Shown here piece by piece: positions 24,019-35,872 of a stretch of DNA of 64,000 bases; within the stretch, counting starts at the first letter, position 1, and each line of letters opens with the position of its first letter. The notes below the pieces were generated by a model, which saw nothing but the letters and a program-made list of their open reading frames with translations, did no database searches and had not been told where the DNA came from. Both the position numbers and the translations under genes were made by a program. Source of the stretch: Glaucostegus cemiculus (Eukaryota); the NCBI GenBank assembly GCA_976551045.1, contig CDPCPM010000037.1:6696001-6760000 (forward strand), read 5' to 3'.

Positions 24019-25775
24019 GGCCTGAATTTTAACAACAGTGCTGAAGTAGCACGTTTCACTGTGTGCTACTTGCCACAGGAGACCAGCAATTTTTGCGGCA
24101 TTGACTTTCCCTTTTTTGACATTGGTTGATTCCTTGCGTTATTCCTGCTATCCAGGAATAGTGATATCTTCAAACAGACTAACCAGCCAGTCAAGTTAAA
24201 GAAGTCTCTCAACCAGCATCCTAGGTAAAAAAAAATGGTTTTAAGTGTGTTCCAGGCATAAAATTAGGCCTGGAACACACTTAATTCAGAAGTATCATAA
24301 TACATATTTTTTTAATATGTATTCTTTAAAAATCCATATTCTTTAAAAATCCGTATTTTGAAATAATTGAAGGATTGACTTAATACATAAAATTAAATTC
24401 TTAGTGCTAGAGACATTACTTAGCAGTATCTAGCCATAATTTGATCTCAAGTTTAGCGATCTACTAAACAGCTTCAGGTGAATCAGTGTGAATAGTTGTG
24501 AATCACCAGAAATGGATCTCTGTGAGCTAGAGTTGAGTCTGGACAATGATCTGACTTGTGTGCCCACTGTCACACTCTTGAACATTCTTCATGTTTTTGT
24601 TGTGGAGCAGGTGTCCACATTCCTCTTTCCTGTACTCCATCCAGCAGTGAGTGTTGTCCTGGTGTTCCTTGGATTCATCGCTTGGTCCACATTATGCAAT
24701 ACAGATGGTGATGTTTGCAGGCAGACACAAGGTGCACCATTGGGAAGTGAGACCGTTGGGGTTGTAGGGTTCCGGGATTTCAGAACTTTAGTCAGGCAGT
24801 TTTTTTTAAAGTCCTTTGTCAATAAGAGTGTTTTGATGGCTGTTGGCCCATATTGTTCATTAAAAAGGATGTTTACCTCTGCAGATATCAGAAGGTTCAT
24901 TGTGACCTAACACAGGAGGTGACTACAGGTTTACTGGAACCTGTGCTCCAGAAGTGATCATAGTGGTTTCCTGGAGATCAACTGGATAGTAGATCCTGAG
25001 CCAAATTGTACAGCAGACCACACAAGTGAGGAAACGTTTAGTGTTTTAGCTCCGCTACCCCAGTTTCTATATGAGGTTTAACCATGTCCTCTGACGTTCT
25101 GAAGATGATCACTTTTTTTTGGATCTAGCGTAAAATGAAGGTTTTCCCTCAAGCTCCAGAATAAGTATTAGTTTGAAAAATCAGATGCAACTTTCTGAAA
25201 GGGTATGGGTCCAATGACTGAATTGCACAGTTACCCTTCCACTGATTCCAGCAAGGTTTTGTCTTTGAATTCATGAATGGTAGGTCAGGACTAATGTGAC
25301 TGAGATTCAGGCGATGTTGGAAATGGGAAAAATGGGCAGCATTTGTCAAGAGCACATCAGTGATTGGCCTTGCTGGCATGAAGCAAAGATTAGGTGCCCA
25401 GTCCTTCTCCACCTGGCACGATGGAAGGTACCTGTGTGCTTTGCATCCTGCATGAGGTTCAGATCTTGCTTTTACTAAAGGTGATTATGGTTAATGAGCA
25501 GTTAAATATATACTTAGATCTCAAAGCATGATATTTTCAGGGGCATTAGGATAGATCCTACATTTGTGAAGTTTTCAACAAACAAACATTGCTGTACATG
25601 TGGTGTTTGCTTACTTGCTGATTACTGGAGGTTACATAGAACATGCATTACTTGGATAAGCAGGAAATCACTGTTTAGGATTTCCAGATAACTGCCTTTA
25701 TCTATACACACATCTGTACTCCAGAAGTTAGAACCACAATATAAAAATGAAAGTGATTGTTGCAAAATCTGGCCC
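24019..25775 (-). mobile_element. Fossil PIF/Harbinger DNA transposon with imperfect TIRs and transposase remnant
   Basis: Ends GGCCTGAATTTTAACAACA (24019) and TGTTGCAAAATCTGGCCC (25775); ordered minus-strand motifs TGTFHRA, ITDVLLTNAAHF, LAGISG.RV, SDHLQ, FNE, CL, GTLQPQR, VLHN between about 25440 and 24690. Confidence 0.6.
24241..24284. repeat. 44-bp near-perfect palindrome (17-bp perfect arms)
   Basis: TTAAGTGTGTTCCAGGC-ATAAAATTAG-GCCTGGAACACACTTAA. Confidence 0.95.
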
Positions 25776-26966
25776 TTTCCAACATTGGTGGCTGAGAGGC
25801 TGTTTTTTTAATGAAGGCATTCTTGGAGTTGAAGTGATAAGGCAATGGTGAAATATTTCAGATTCATTCTACAATTAATTGCTTAGTTTAATAAATCACA
25901 GCCAAATTCTCATCAGTTTAGCAAGTCTTTTGTGCATAATTTTCTGTTATTAAATTTAAATATAACCAGAGCACTGTCTTGCTGTGGGAGTTATCTGTTT
26001 TTTGCTCCAGTTAATCAGTATTTTTATTGGGTTCAGGACTTTTTATGCAACAGGCTTGTGAATAGGCAGCAAGTCACCTCAGAAATTTATTAGAGATGTT
26101 GGAAATCAAGAACAAGTGAGTTACAGGCTTTATTTTGAAATTTCAATTCTCCTCACAAGACTCATTCTACATCCTTTGAAGGTTAAATCTACTATTCCAA
26201 GCTATTTGAAGAATGACTAAGATGTATTGATGTCTTATCACAGCATTGGTAAAAATTTAGAGGAAGCACTACACACACCAGGTATGGCTCACAATCATTA
26301 AGTGCAGAAATGTGATCATGTCAGCATTGTACAATTTTGAAATATGCATGTTACCTCCTTAAAAGATATAAATCTCCCCTGGAGTGCTATGCAGGTGTCT
26401 TTATTTTGATTTATTCTTGATAAATCTAATCTGAAATTCCCACTGTGTCATGTTACTTGGCTAAATGGTGACAAGTCATTGTGCAAAGATATTGAAACAT
26501 TATTTTACTTCACTTTATAACAAAGAATTAATACAAACACAGGGTGTGAACACAAAATGAAATGGTGCAAAGATCATCCAAAACAGACAGTCAAACACTG
26601 CTTCAGATTAACATAATACAGAAGGGATCTGTGGGTAGGACAAAAAACTGATTTGTAAAGTGTCAAGTTGTCACACTCTGCCCCTTGGTCCATGCTTACT
26701 ACAAGTGGGATTATCTAATGACCAAGTTTAAACCCGATGAGGTGACCCTCACTCCCATTTTGCATGTAGGAACCACAAAAGAATTTTTGACAGACAGCCA
26801 AGAAAGGGTCATTGACTTATCCAACTCAACTGTCGAAGATTATGTCCATTTCCGCATGTCCCTAGCATTCCAAAACACTCAAAAACATTCAGAAACTGAA
26901 AAATTTAAAGACTAGTAAAACATTTAAAATTAACTTTTAATGCAAATAAAATACAAAAATACAGAA

Positions 26967-27248
26967 AAGATAAGATAACTTTTTAGTCACATGTGCATCA
27001 AAACAGTGAAATGCATCTTTTGCGTAGAGTGTTCTGGAGGCAGCCCACAAGTGTCGCCATGTTTCCAGCACCAACATAGCATGCCCACAACTTCCTAATC
27101 TGTACGACTTTGGAATGTGGGAGGAAACCAGGGCACTCAAGAAACCCACACAGACACAGGAAGAATGTACAAACTCCTCACAGACAGCAGCTGGAATTGA
27201 ACCTGGGTCACTGGCGCTGATGCTAACCACTACACTGTCATGCCTGCC
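26967..27248 (-). mobile_element. V-SINE with Rex1/Babar-like tail
   Basis: AAGATAAGATA tail, TAGTCACATGT...CAGTGAAATGC, reverse V-domain and tRNA head; same subfamily as 7550-7834. Confidence 0.9.
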
Positions 27249-27309
27249 TAATTTGGAAATACACAAATTACCTTTTCTGCTTTCATAGTTCTACTATCCA
27301 AATGAATGG

Positions 27310-27523
27310 AGGCAGATGTTGGAATCTGGAGAAGCAAACAATCTGCTGGAGGAACTCAACTGGTCAAGCAGCATCTGTGGGGGAAAGGAACTGTCAATGT
27401 TTCGGGCATAAACCCTGCTTCAGGACATTGGGACTTCATACAGGTTCTCAACCCAAATCATGGACAATTTGTTTCCCCCTACAGATGCTACTCTATCTGC
27501 TGAGTTCCTCCAACAGATTGTTT
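27310..27523. mobile_element. Short fold-back element made of two inverted Penelope-like termini with hammerhead motifs
   Basis: Arms AAACAATCTGCTGGAGGAACTCA...GCAGCATCTGTGGGGGA and TCCCCCTACAGATGCT...TGAGTTCCTCCAACAGATTGTTT; arms match the end of the Penelope fragment at 51490-51550. Confidence 0.75.
27392..27427 (-). ncRNA. Hammerhead-ribozyme-like motif (variant core)
   Basis: Minus strand reads TGTC-CTGAAGC-AGGGTTTATGCCC-GAAAC-ATT-GACA: stem I and stem II pair; C at core position 9. Confidence 0.55.
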
Positions 27524-27934
27524 AAATGAGTTGCGATCCCCACATCAGGTTGAACCTAAAATGACCAGGTTTCCAAATGTTCACATGGGAATCCCAAGTT
27601 ACCTGACATGAAGCAAAATGCCAGTAAATTGATTGAATTTTATTGATTTCTTGGAGACTGTTGGAAATTTGTAATATGGAGTTGTGCGCAGGAGCCATTG
27701 TGCTTCAGTGAAATGCTGTCTGAACCTAACAAGGATGAGGTCAGGAAATTTCCAGCACTGGCAGATACTAGTAGAATCACTTATTGAATTTACTGCACTG
27801 ACTGCCTCCTCCCATTGCTGCTTCTTCTCTTGCCTGGATGGCAAGTTGAAACCCTATGTTCTCTGGAACACCTTTTCTAATATTTTCCTCTTCTAGTTGG
27901 ATTTCAAGACCCACTTTTTGAAACAAGGGCACAG

Positions 27935-28242
27935 GGCAGCACAGTAACAGACTCTGCAGTCCACCAAGTCTGCACTGACCGTCAAACACCTACTTACACT
28001 AATCCTATTTTATTCTCCCACAATCTAAATAACTGCCCTCAGGTTCTACCGCTCACTAGGGACACCTTATAAATGCCAACTAACATATCAATCAGCGCAC
28101 TTTTGCAATGTAGAGGAAACTAAAGCATCTGGAGAACACCCACATGGTCACAAGGAGAACAGGCAAACTCCAGTGCCAGATGTCAGGATTGAACTCTAGT
28201 CACTGGAGCTGTGTGGCAGCAGCTTTACCAGTTATGCCACCC
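27935..28242 (-). mobile_element. Old V-SINE (HE1-like)
   Basis: Diverged V-domain AGAGGAAACTAAAGCATCTGGAGAACACCCAC and head CAGGATTGAACTC...CTGGAGCTGTG. Confidence 0.75.
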
Positions 28243-29489
28243 ACTGTGCTTGTTCCAATATTTAATCAAAAGATTTCTCCCCATATTGAAGAATGGCTTT
28301 TGGCAATTTTTGTAGTCAGTTATCAACTCTAAGAAGTAGCATACTTTCAGCTGATAATGTCATCCCTATAATTACTCACCATCAGCCAGTGCTAATGTGA
28401 AAGGGATCATAATTTTCACCCATATATACTTAATTCCTGGTATGAAGTATGTGCAAGAACAGAGGAGGAGAGTTCCCAGATTTCTTTTCACATATGATTG
28501 GACTTTAAGGCCAACCAAAACTTTGAGTAAATTGATGCATTGAAAACCAATTCATAGTCTACAAAAACTTAAGTCATTTTGGAAGTGATAATAAGAAAAC
28601 ATTTTTAAATATCTATGACATTTCCATCAATACCAAACTAATTTGTAAAGTTAAATTGCCAAGGATATTATGAATCTTTCACTTCAGTTTAATATCAAAT
28701 CATCTCTTAGGAATAGAATCCTAGTATCTGTAATTTGTAATCTCTTCTTGTAATGGAACTATTGATCATGATGATGAATCAATCTCCTCGAGATCAAATC
28801 CTTTTCAAAATATACAGAGAGTATTCCATGTATGGGCTGACCATGGGTATGCATGGCTGTACTTCAAGTCACATGATAACACTACAACAATAAGGCCCTA
28901 CATTGACTTGACTTTTCAAATTCAGGTATTATTTGCCAGCAAGACAACACTGGGGGTCCTTTAAAGGGCAAGTATGGACTTTCCCCACATTTTAACTGTG
29001 AGTGTGGGTGAATCACTGCTCATAGTATGTTCTGGCCCCAAATTGCTTCTTGAATGCAAATTATGACTAATTTTAAAATACACTGGTACATACATTAATT
29101 ATGTAACATTCACTTACTTAATATATTTTATTTAATCTTGTTAATTTCTGGTCCAATTTCACTAAGAAACGAGTAGATTTGAGAAATACAAGATAACACT
29201 GTTTTCAATCAAACATCTGGCTTTCAATCCCATTCTGATTGGTGTACAGAGGTAACTACTTCTGTTTTTTGCAAGCAAGACAAATGGGTAGGTCTCATCA
29301 TTAAAATAGAGAGAAGAGAAATATGCAAATCTATAAAACATTTTTCACAATTGTGAAAGTAATTTCTGTAACTGTTCTAAGCACCACTCCTTCGTTGACC
29401 TTTTGTTACTCTCGCTTGCCATTTCTACAAAGGAATAAAAATCTTAATGCAGGTAGTCCTGAAGAGAGGATTAGTTTTCGATTCATTCA

Positions 29490-29805
29490 CAGGATGTGAA
29501 TATCATGGTAGTGATGTCACTTATTGCCTATCCCTTATTGCCCTTGAACCAAGGACAGAGTTTAGAGTCAATCACATTGGTAGGTTTGGAGTCATGTTTA
29601 ACCAGACCAGGCAAGTACAGCAAGTTTCCTTTCCATAAGTACATTAACAAACCACATAGGCTAATGCAACAGTCCATGTTGACAAGGCAAGGATTTGTCT
29701 TTTATTAAAAGACTTTGGATTTATTCAATTACTTGAATTAAAAATCCTCATACATCAGCAGGATTTGAATTTATATCCCCAGATTATAGGCACAAACTGG
29801 ATGTG
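29490..29805 (-). mobile_element. Ancient tRNA-derived SINE relic
   Basis: TTATTGCCTATCCCTTATTGCCCTTGA, AGAGTCAATCACATTG, ACCAGACCAGG and reverse B-box GGATTTGAA; homologous to 21380-22055. Confidence 0.55.
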
Positions 29806-30749
29806 TAATTTGAGTACTCTCCATGTTTGATCTTAGGCTGAAATATTACTGCTGTTACTGATTTCAGATTAGTAGTTGCATTTTTGATTCTTGACATTAT
29901 TTCAAGTCTTAAATTTCTTACTAGGTACTTGTCAATCATTTCCCAACTGTGCTCCAATATGAAATCCAGGGCTGGAGCAGAAACTTCCTGCAATTTCCCA
30001 ATAGCTATGCTGGAAAATCTGCCCAATGAATTTGCATTTACAGCAACTTAATTTTAATGGAAAGGAACAATGATGAATTGAGGAAAGTTTCAGGTAATTT
30101 ACCTTAAAATTAATTGAGTTAACAAATTGTTTTTACTTGTTTTAAGTGTGCTATGTATTCTAAATATTTAAATTAACTTATTTTTTGGTAATGATTCATT
30201 TCAGTTGCTTTTGGATATATTTTGAATGTTTGCAAAAGTTAGGAAGATACTCAATCTTTCAAAATGGCATTCAGTTCATCCTGGACACAGGTTAGCCAGC
30301 TTTAAGAATTCAGTGGTTTGTTCAGGACCCACCACATGTTACAAGTTGTGGCCTGAAAGCCTTGTTCTGTCCAGGATATCATGATCAGCTTGAAGGTGGT
30401 TTCATGGATGAAGTTGCTGCTTGAAGATCCATGCAAAGTGAATGCAGATCTGGCAAAGAGGATGGTGTTGAGCATGAGCAGCTCTGTACTCCCACCTTAT
30501 TCAGGGCCATTGTTTTCTCTTTGGCTGGCAGGATAATACTCCAAAAAAATATTTGCAAGTGCACACTCCTGGTTTTAGAAGTTTAATATTTTTAAAGTCA
30601 GTGGATTTCCCATTCACCTTCCCTTAATATTTATATTGACATTTTAAAACACAAGAAATCCACAGGAGTCCATTTTTTAAAATCCAGATGTTCCACAGTA
30701 CCAGATTCATTCTCAATTTTATGCTGGGGAAATGTGTGGCAACTTTCCC

Positions 30750-33700
30750 TACAGGAGTTTGCAATCAGTACAGGCCCTTCAGCCCACAATGTTGCACCAA
30801 ACTATATAAACCTTATCCCCATTCAATCTATCCTCCTCTCTATTTCACCTCCCATAACCCTCTAGCTTTTGTCCATGTGCCCATATAATAGTCTCTGAAA
30901 TGACCCTATCATATCAGCCCTTACCACCACCCCTAGCAGTGCATTCCAGGCACCCACCTCTGACATTCCCCTGAACCTTCCTCCACACACCTTAAACAGG
31001 TGACCTCTATTATTGGCCATTACCACCCTGGGGAAACATTTCTGGCTGCCACTGTCTATGACTCAATTTTATATACCTCTAGGAAGTCTTCTCCCATCTC
31101 CATCATTCCAAAAGAGAAAAGCCCCACTTGCTCAACCTCTTCTCATAAGAGATGCTCTCCAACTGAGGTAGCATCTTGGTAAATCTCCTCTGCACCCTCT
31201 CCAAAGTTTCCACATCCTTCCTATAATGTGGTGACCAGAACTGAACACAATATTCCAAGTGTGGTCTAAGTCTTATAGAGCTGCAAAATTACTCTTATAG
31301 AGCTGCAAAGTCTTGAACTCAATCCCCCAGTTAATGAAGGGCAGCACACCATATGCCTTCTTAACCACCACATCCACTTGTGCAGCAACTTTGAGGGGTC
31401 TATGTACTTGGATCCAAAGGTCTTTGTTCCTCCACACTGCTAAGAATCCTGCCATTAACCATGTACTCTGCCTTCAAGTTAGTTCTTCCAAAGTGTATCA
31501 ATTCACTTCCCCAGATTCATCTGCCACTTCTCTTCCAAGCTCTGCATCATCTAAATCCCATTGCAACCTATGACAACCTTCTTCACTGTCTACTACACCG
31601 ACCTTTGGGTCATCTGAAAATTTACCAACCTGTTCTTCCACTTACTCATCCGTATCATTTATAAATTGCAAAGAGCAGGGGTCCCAGAACAGTTCCCTGT
31701 GGAACACCACTAATCACTGAACTCCAGGTTGAATACTCCCCTCTGCAACCACCCTCCACCTTCTATGCACAAGCCAATTTCAAATACACAGAGTCAATTT
31801 TTCATGGATCCCATACCTCATGTTTTTTTGAATGAGCCTACTATGGGGAATCTGGTTAAACACCCTGCTAAAATCCATGTACACCACATCCACCACACTA
31901 CCTGCATCAATTTGCCTTGTCATTTCCTCAAAAAAAACTATTAAGCTCATGAGGCATGATCTGCCCTTCACAAAGCCATGTTGACCAGCCCTAATAAGAC
32001 AGTACTTCTCCAAATACTCATAAATCCAGTCCCCAAGAATCTTCTCCAGTATTTTGCCCACCACTGATGCAAAATTCACTGGTCTATAGTTCAAGATTAT
32101 CCCTTTTACCTTTCTTGAAAGAATGGAACAACATTTGCCATCCTCCAGTGCCACTCCTATGGCCAGGGAGTATTCAAAGATCATTGTTAATGCTCTAGCA
32201 GTCTCTTCCCTCACTTCCCATAGTAACCTAGGGTGTATCCTGTCCAACCCCAGGGATTTATCTATCTTAATGCTTTATAGTAGCTTCAACGCTGCTTCTT
32301 TCTTAACCTTGACATGCTCCAACACATTTGCCTGTTCCACACTAACCTCATTTGTCTAAGTCCCTCTCCTTGGTGAACACTCAAGCAAAATTCATTTAGG
32401 ATCTCCCCTCCCTCCTTCACCTCCAACCACATTTTCCTCCCTTATCCCTGAGTGGTCCCATCCTCACCTTGGTCATCCTCTTGTTCCTCACGTGTGTAGA
32501 ATGCCTTATGGTTTTTCTTAACCATACTTGCCAAGGTCTTCTCATATCCCTTTCTAGCTCTCTCAAGTCCCTTCCTGGCTATCTTATAACTCTCAAGAGC
32601 CCTATCTGATTTTTGCTTCCTAAACCTTAAATACACTTCCTTCTTCCTCTTGACTAAAGCTTCCACCTCTCTTGTTAACCATGGTTCCTTCACCCCACCA
32701 TCCTTTCCTTGTCTCAGTGGGACAAACCTACCTAGAACCCCTAGTATGTGGCCCCTAAACAACCTCCACATTTCTGTGGTGCGTTTACCACAGAACATCT
32801 GTTCCCAGTTTACTCTCCCAAAGTTAGTGCTTAATACCATTGTAATTTTCCCTCCCCCAATTAAATATTTTCCCGTACTATCTGCTCCTATGTTTGTCCA
32901 TGGCTATGCTAAAGGTCGGGGAATTGTGGTCAATATCCCTGAAATGGTCCCCACGGAGGGGCCTTTCACCTGACCAGGTTCATTGCCTAATATCAGATCC
33001 AGCATGGCCTCTCCTTTAGTTGGCCTGTCTACACAATGTCAGGAATCTTTCCTGTACTCACCTAACAAATTCTGCCCCATCTAAACCTTTTGCACTAAGG
33101 AGGTGCCAATCAATATGAGAGAAGTTGAAGACTCCCATGACTACAACCCTGTTATTTCTGCAGCTTTCCAAATTCTGCCTACTTATCTGCTCCTCAGTGG
33201 CCCTATAGAATACTCCCAGTTCAGTGATCACTCCCTTCTTTCTGACTTCCACCCACATCAACTCAATAGATGATCCTTCCTACAGCTGTGATTATCCTCG
33301 ATTAGCAATTCCAATCCCATCCCTTCTATCCCCCTCCTTATCCCTTTTGAAACATCCAAGCTCCAGAACCTTAGGCAACCATGCCTGTCCTTGTGACAGG
33401 AGAATCTCTGTAATGGCCACAACATTGTAATTCCATGCACTGATCCATGCTCTAAGTTCATCATCCTTATTCTTAACACTCCTCGCATTAAAGTAGACAC
33501 ATTTCAACCCTCCAACTGATTGCATTTATGCCCCATCCCCACCTATCCTTCCTCACCTTCTCCATACACACCACATCGACTTCTACACCAATTGATCCAT
33601 CTTCCAATCTAACATTCTGGTCCCCATCCCCCTGCCAACCTAGTTTAAACACTCCCCAACAGCTCTAGCAAACCTGCCTGCAAGGACATTGGTCCCTCTC

Positions 33701-34900
33701 CAGTTCATGTGTAACTTATCCCTTTTATACAGGTCATACCTACCCCAGGAAAGACTCCAATGATCCACACATCTGAACCCCTGCCCTGACTCTTCAGCCA
33801 CTCATTAGTCTGCCATATCTTCCTATTCATTCCCTCCCTGGTGCATGGCACATGCAGCAATCCAGAGATTGCTGACTTTGAGGTCTTGCTTTTTAGCTTC
33901 CTTCCTAACTCCCAATGCTCGTTCTGCAGGACCTCATCCCTTATCTTGCTCATGTCATTGGTGCCAATGTGCACCATGACTTGTGGCTCCTCCCCCTCAA
34001 ATGCTATACATTCGATCTGAGATATCCCTAACCCTGGCACCTGGGAGGCAACATACCATCCAGGAGTCTCATTCTTATCCACAGAATCTCCTGTCCATCC
34101 CCCACCCAATGAATACCTGATCACCATCACATTTCTCTTACCACCACCCAATTTCCCTTCTGAACCAGACTGTGCTAGAGACACAGCTGATGTGGCTCTA
34201 CCAGTGATTTATTCCCTCACTAAACCCCCCCTTCCCCACCAAAACAAACCATATAGTTGTTGTCCAGGGAAACGGTCACCAGGCTTTGAACGCAATCCCC
34301 CCAGCTAATGAAGGCCAGCACACCATACACCTTCTTAAACACCCTTTCCACATGCAGCAACTTTGAAAGATCCATATATTTGGACCCCAAGATCTGCCTA
34401 TTGTACTGACTGCCTATTCCTTTTCCTTACCCTAATGGTCACCCCACAACCTACGTCCCACATCCTTGATGTAACTGCCTACTGGTAATTCCTATCTATC
34501 ATCTCCAGAGCTTCCCGAATGATCCAGAATTCATTCAGCTGCAGCTCCAGCTTCCTAACATGGTCTGTAAAGTGCTGCAGCTGAACACTTCCTGCAGATG
34601 TAGTCCTCAGGGACACTGGAGATCTCCCCGATTTTCCACAATCTACAGGAGGAGCATACTTCTGCCCTGACTGCCATTCCCACTGGTCTAAAAAAGAAAA
34701 TTACAAATAATAGGAAGAACCCACCAGAAGCCTCAGCTCACCTACTTCACCTCCTCATCCTGAAGCCTCTTTAGCCAAAGCCTCAGCTCCCCACTCCAAC
34801 ACTGCCCACTCACAATAGCTGCTCCACTTGACCCCAAATTCTTTTATTTGGCAGCTGCTGCCTAATTATCCAATTTGCTAATCAACAGGCCTATCAACTC
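30750..34900 (-). mobile_element. Near full-length decayed CR1 LINE
   Basis: 5' UTR, ORF1 (CxxC...CRKC zinc finger near 34680-34570, esterase VHIGTND), ORF2 EN (YFNARS, AITE, GVFN) and RT (QHGFVKGRSCL, VDVVYMDF), 3' tail CAGGCCCTTCAGCCCAC. Confidence 0.92.
33620..34677 (-). pseudogene. CR1 ORF1p remnant (zinc finger plus SGNH esterase)
   Basis: MAVRAEVCSSC...PEDYICRKC; EGEEPQVMVHIGTNDM...ELGRKLKSKTSKSAISGLL. Confidence 0.8.
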
Positions 34901-35019
34901 ACCACAGCAACAAGAACAACAACAATGTACCTGTGGTTTCAAACTGCTTCACTCATTTTCTCACTGTACTTACCATGGCAATGAGACTCCCTGCTCCCAT
35001 ACTTGTACTAGTCACCATA

Positions 35020-35872
35020 GTAACAAGAACTACAGGGCTGTTTTTCATCAGTCAGTACTATTAAAGCAGATTATATCACAATCTCATTGCAATATCAGAA
35101 AACAAAAACTAGGATTGTATGTGCATCACATGACTCTTGAGTTTTCTCTGCCATCCAACAAGGTTATAACCAATCTTCTACCTCAAATCCACTTTCTAAC
35201 ATGACAAACTTGTCACTTGATTCTACTGAACTCCAAAAATCTATCACAATCAGTCTGGAATACAATAAGTACCTCCAGACCTCTGGGGAGAGAATTCCCA
35301 AAGATTCACACGCATAACTCCATATCTTCTAGTTCTATACCCTCCAGCCAAGAGAAACTACATCTCAGTAACCAATCTTTCAAACCTCTTCAGAAAGATT
35401 CACAATTCAATGAAATGACCTTTCTTTTCTATTCTTTTAAAGGCCTAATCTATCAAATTGGTAAACCTTCAATGTGATGCCTCCTAGTCAAGTATATCCT
35501 TCCATAAAGATCAAAAATTTTTACACCGTAACCGGAATACAGATTCCTCAAGGTGTTAAGCAATTATTGCAAGACTTTGTTCCTCTTGTATTCCAATCCC
35601 ACTTGTAGTAAAAAGACAAATGCCATGTGTTCCCAATTGCTTGTTAGCATCTGCATGATTGTTTTCTACAATTCCTGTTGAGAGTATCACAATCTGAAAG
35701 CCAACATCTAATAATTGATTACTATTTAAGTTGTGGGAGTTGCCATGTGCAATTTGGCTGCTGCATGATCAACATTACGAGTGTAACTGCCTTTCAAATG
35801 TATTTCATTGGCTGCCAAGCACTTTGGGACACACTGAGGTTTTGGAAAATGCAGCAGAAATCCAAGTTTTAA
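35020..35872 (+). mobile_element. Deu-domain SINE relic (SacSINE1/AmnSINE-like) split by an old CR1 fragment
   Basis: 5' part AAAGCAGATTAT...CTCATTGC near 35060-35090; 3' part TTGTGGGAG...GTGCAATTTGGCTGC...TTTCATTGGCTG...GCACTTTGGGAC at 35730-35870. Confidence 0.55.
35095..35680 (-). mobile_element. Old CR1 3' fragment
   Basis: CTCTGGGGAGAGAATTCCCAAAGATTCAC (reverse of VNLWNSLP) and flanking CR1-like sequence. Confidence 0.6.

Noticed and set aside
26685-26915. 76-aa ORF with protein-like composition
   Set aside because: Starts at TTG, has no recognisable domain and no clear splice signals
29835-30560. Further Harbinger-like traces (GGAAAATCTGCCC end; FASGSFQ-like stretch on minus near 30410-30440)
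   Set aside because: Single weak motif needing several frameshifts; not supportable
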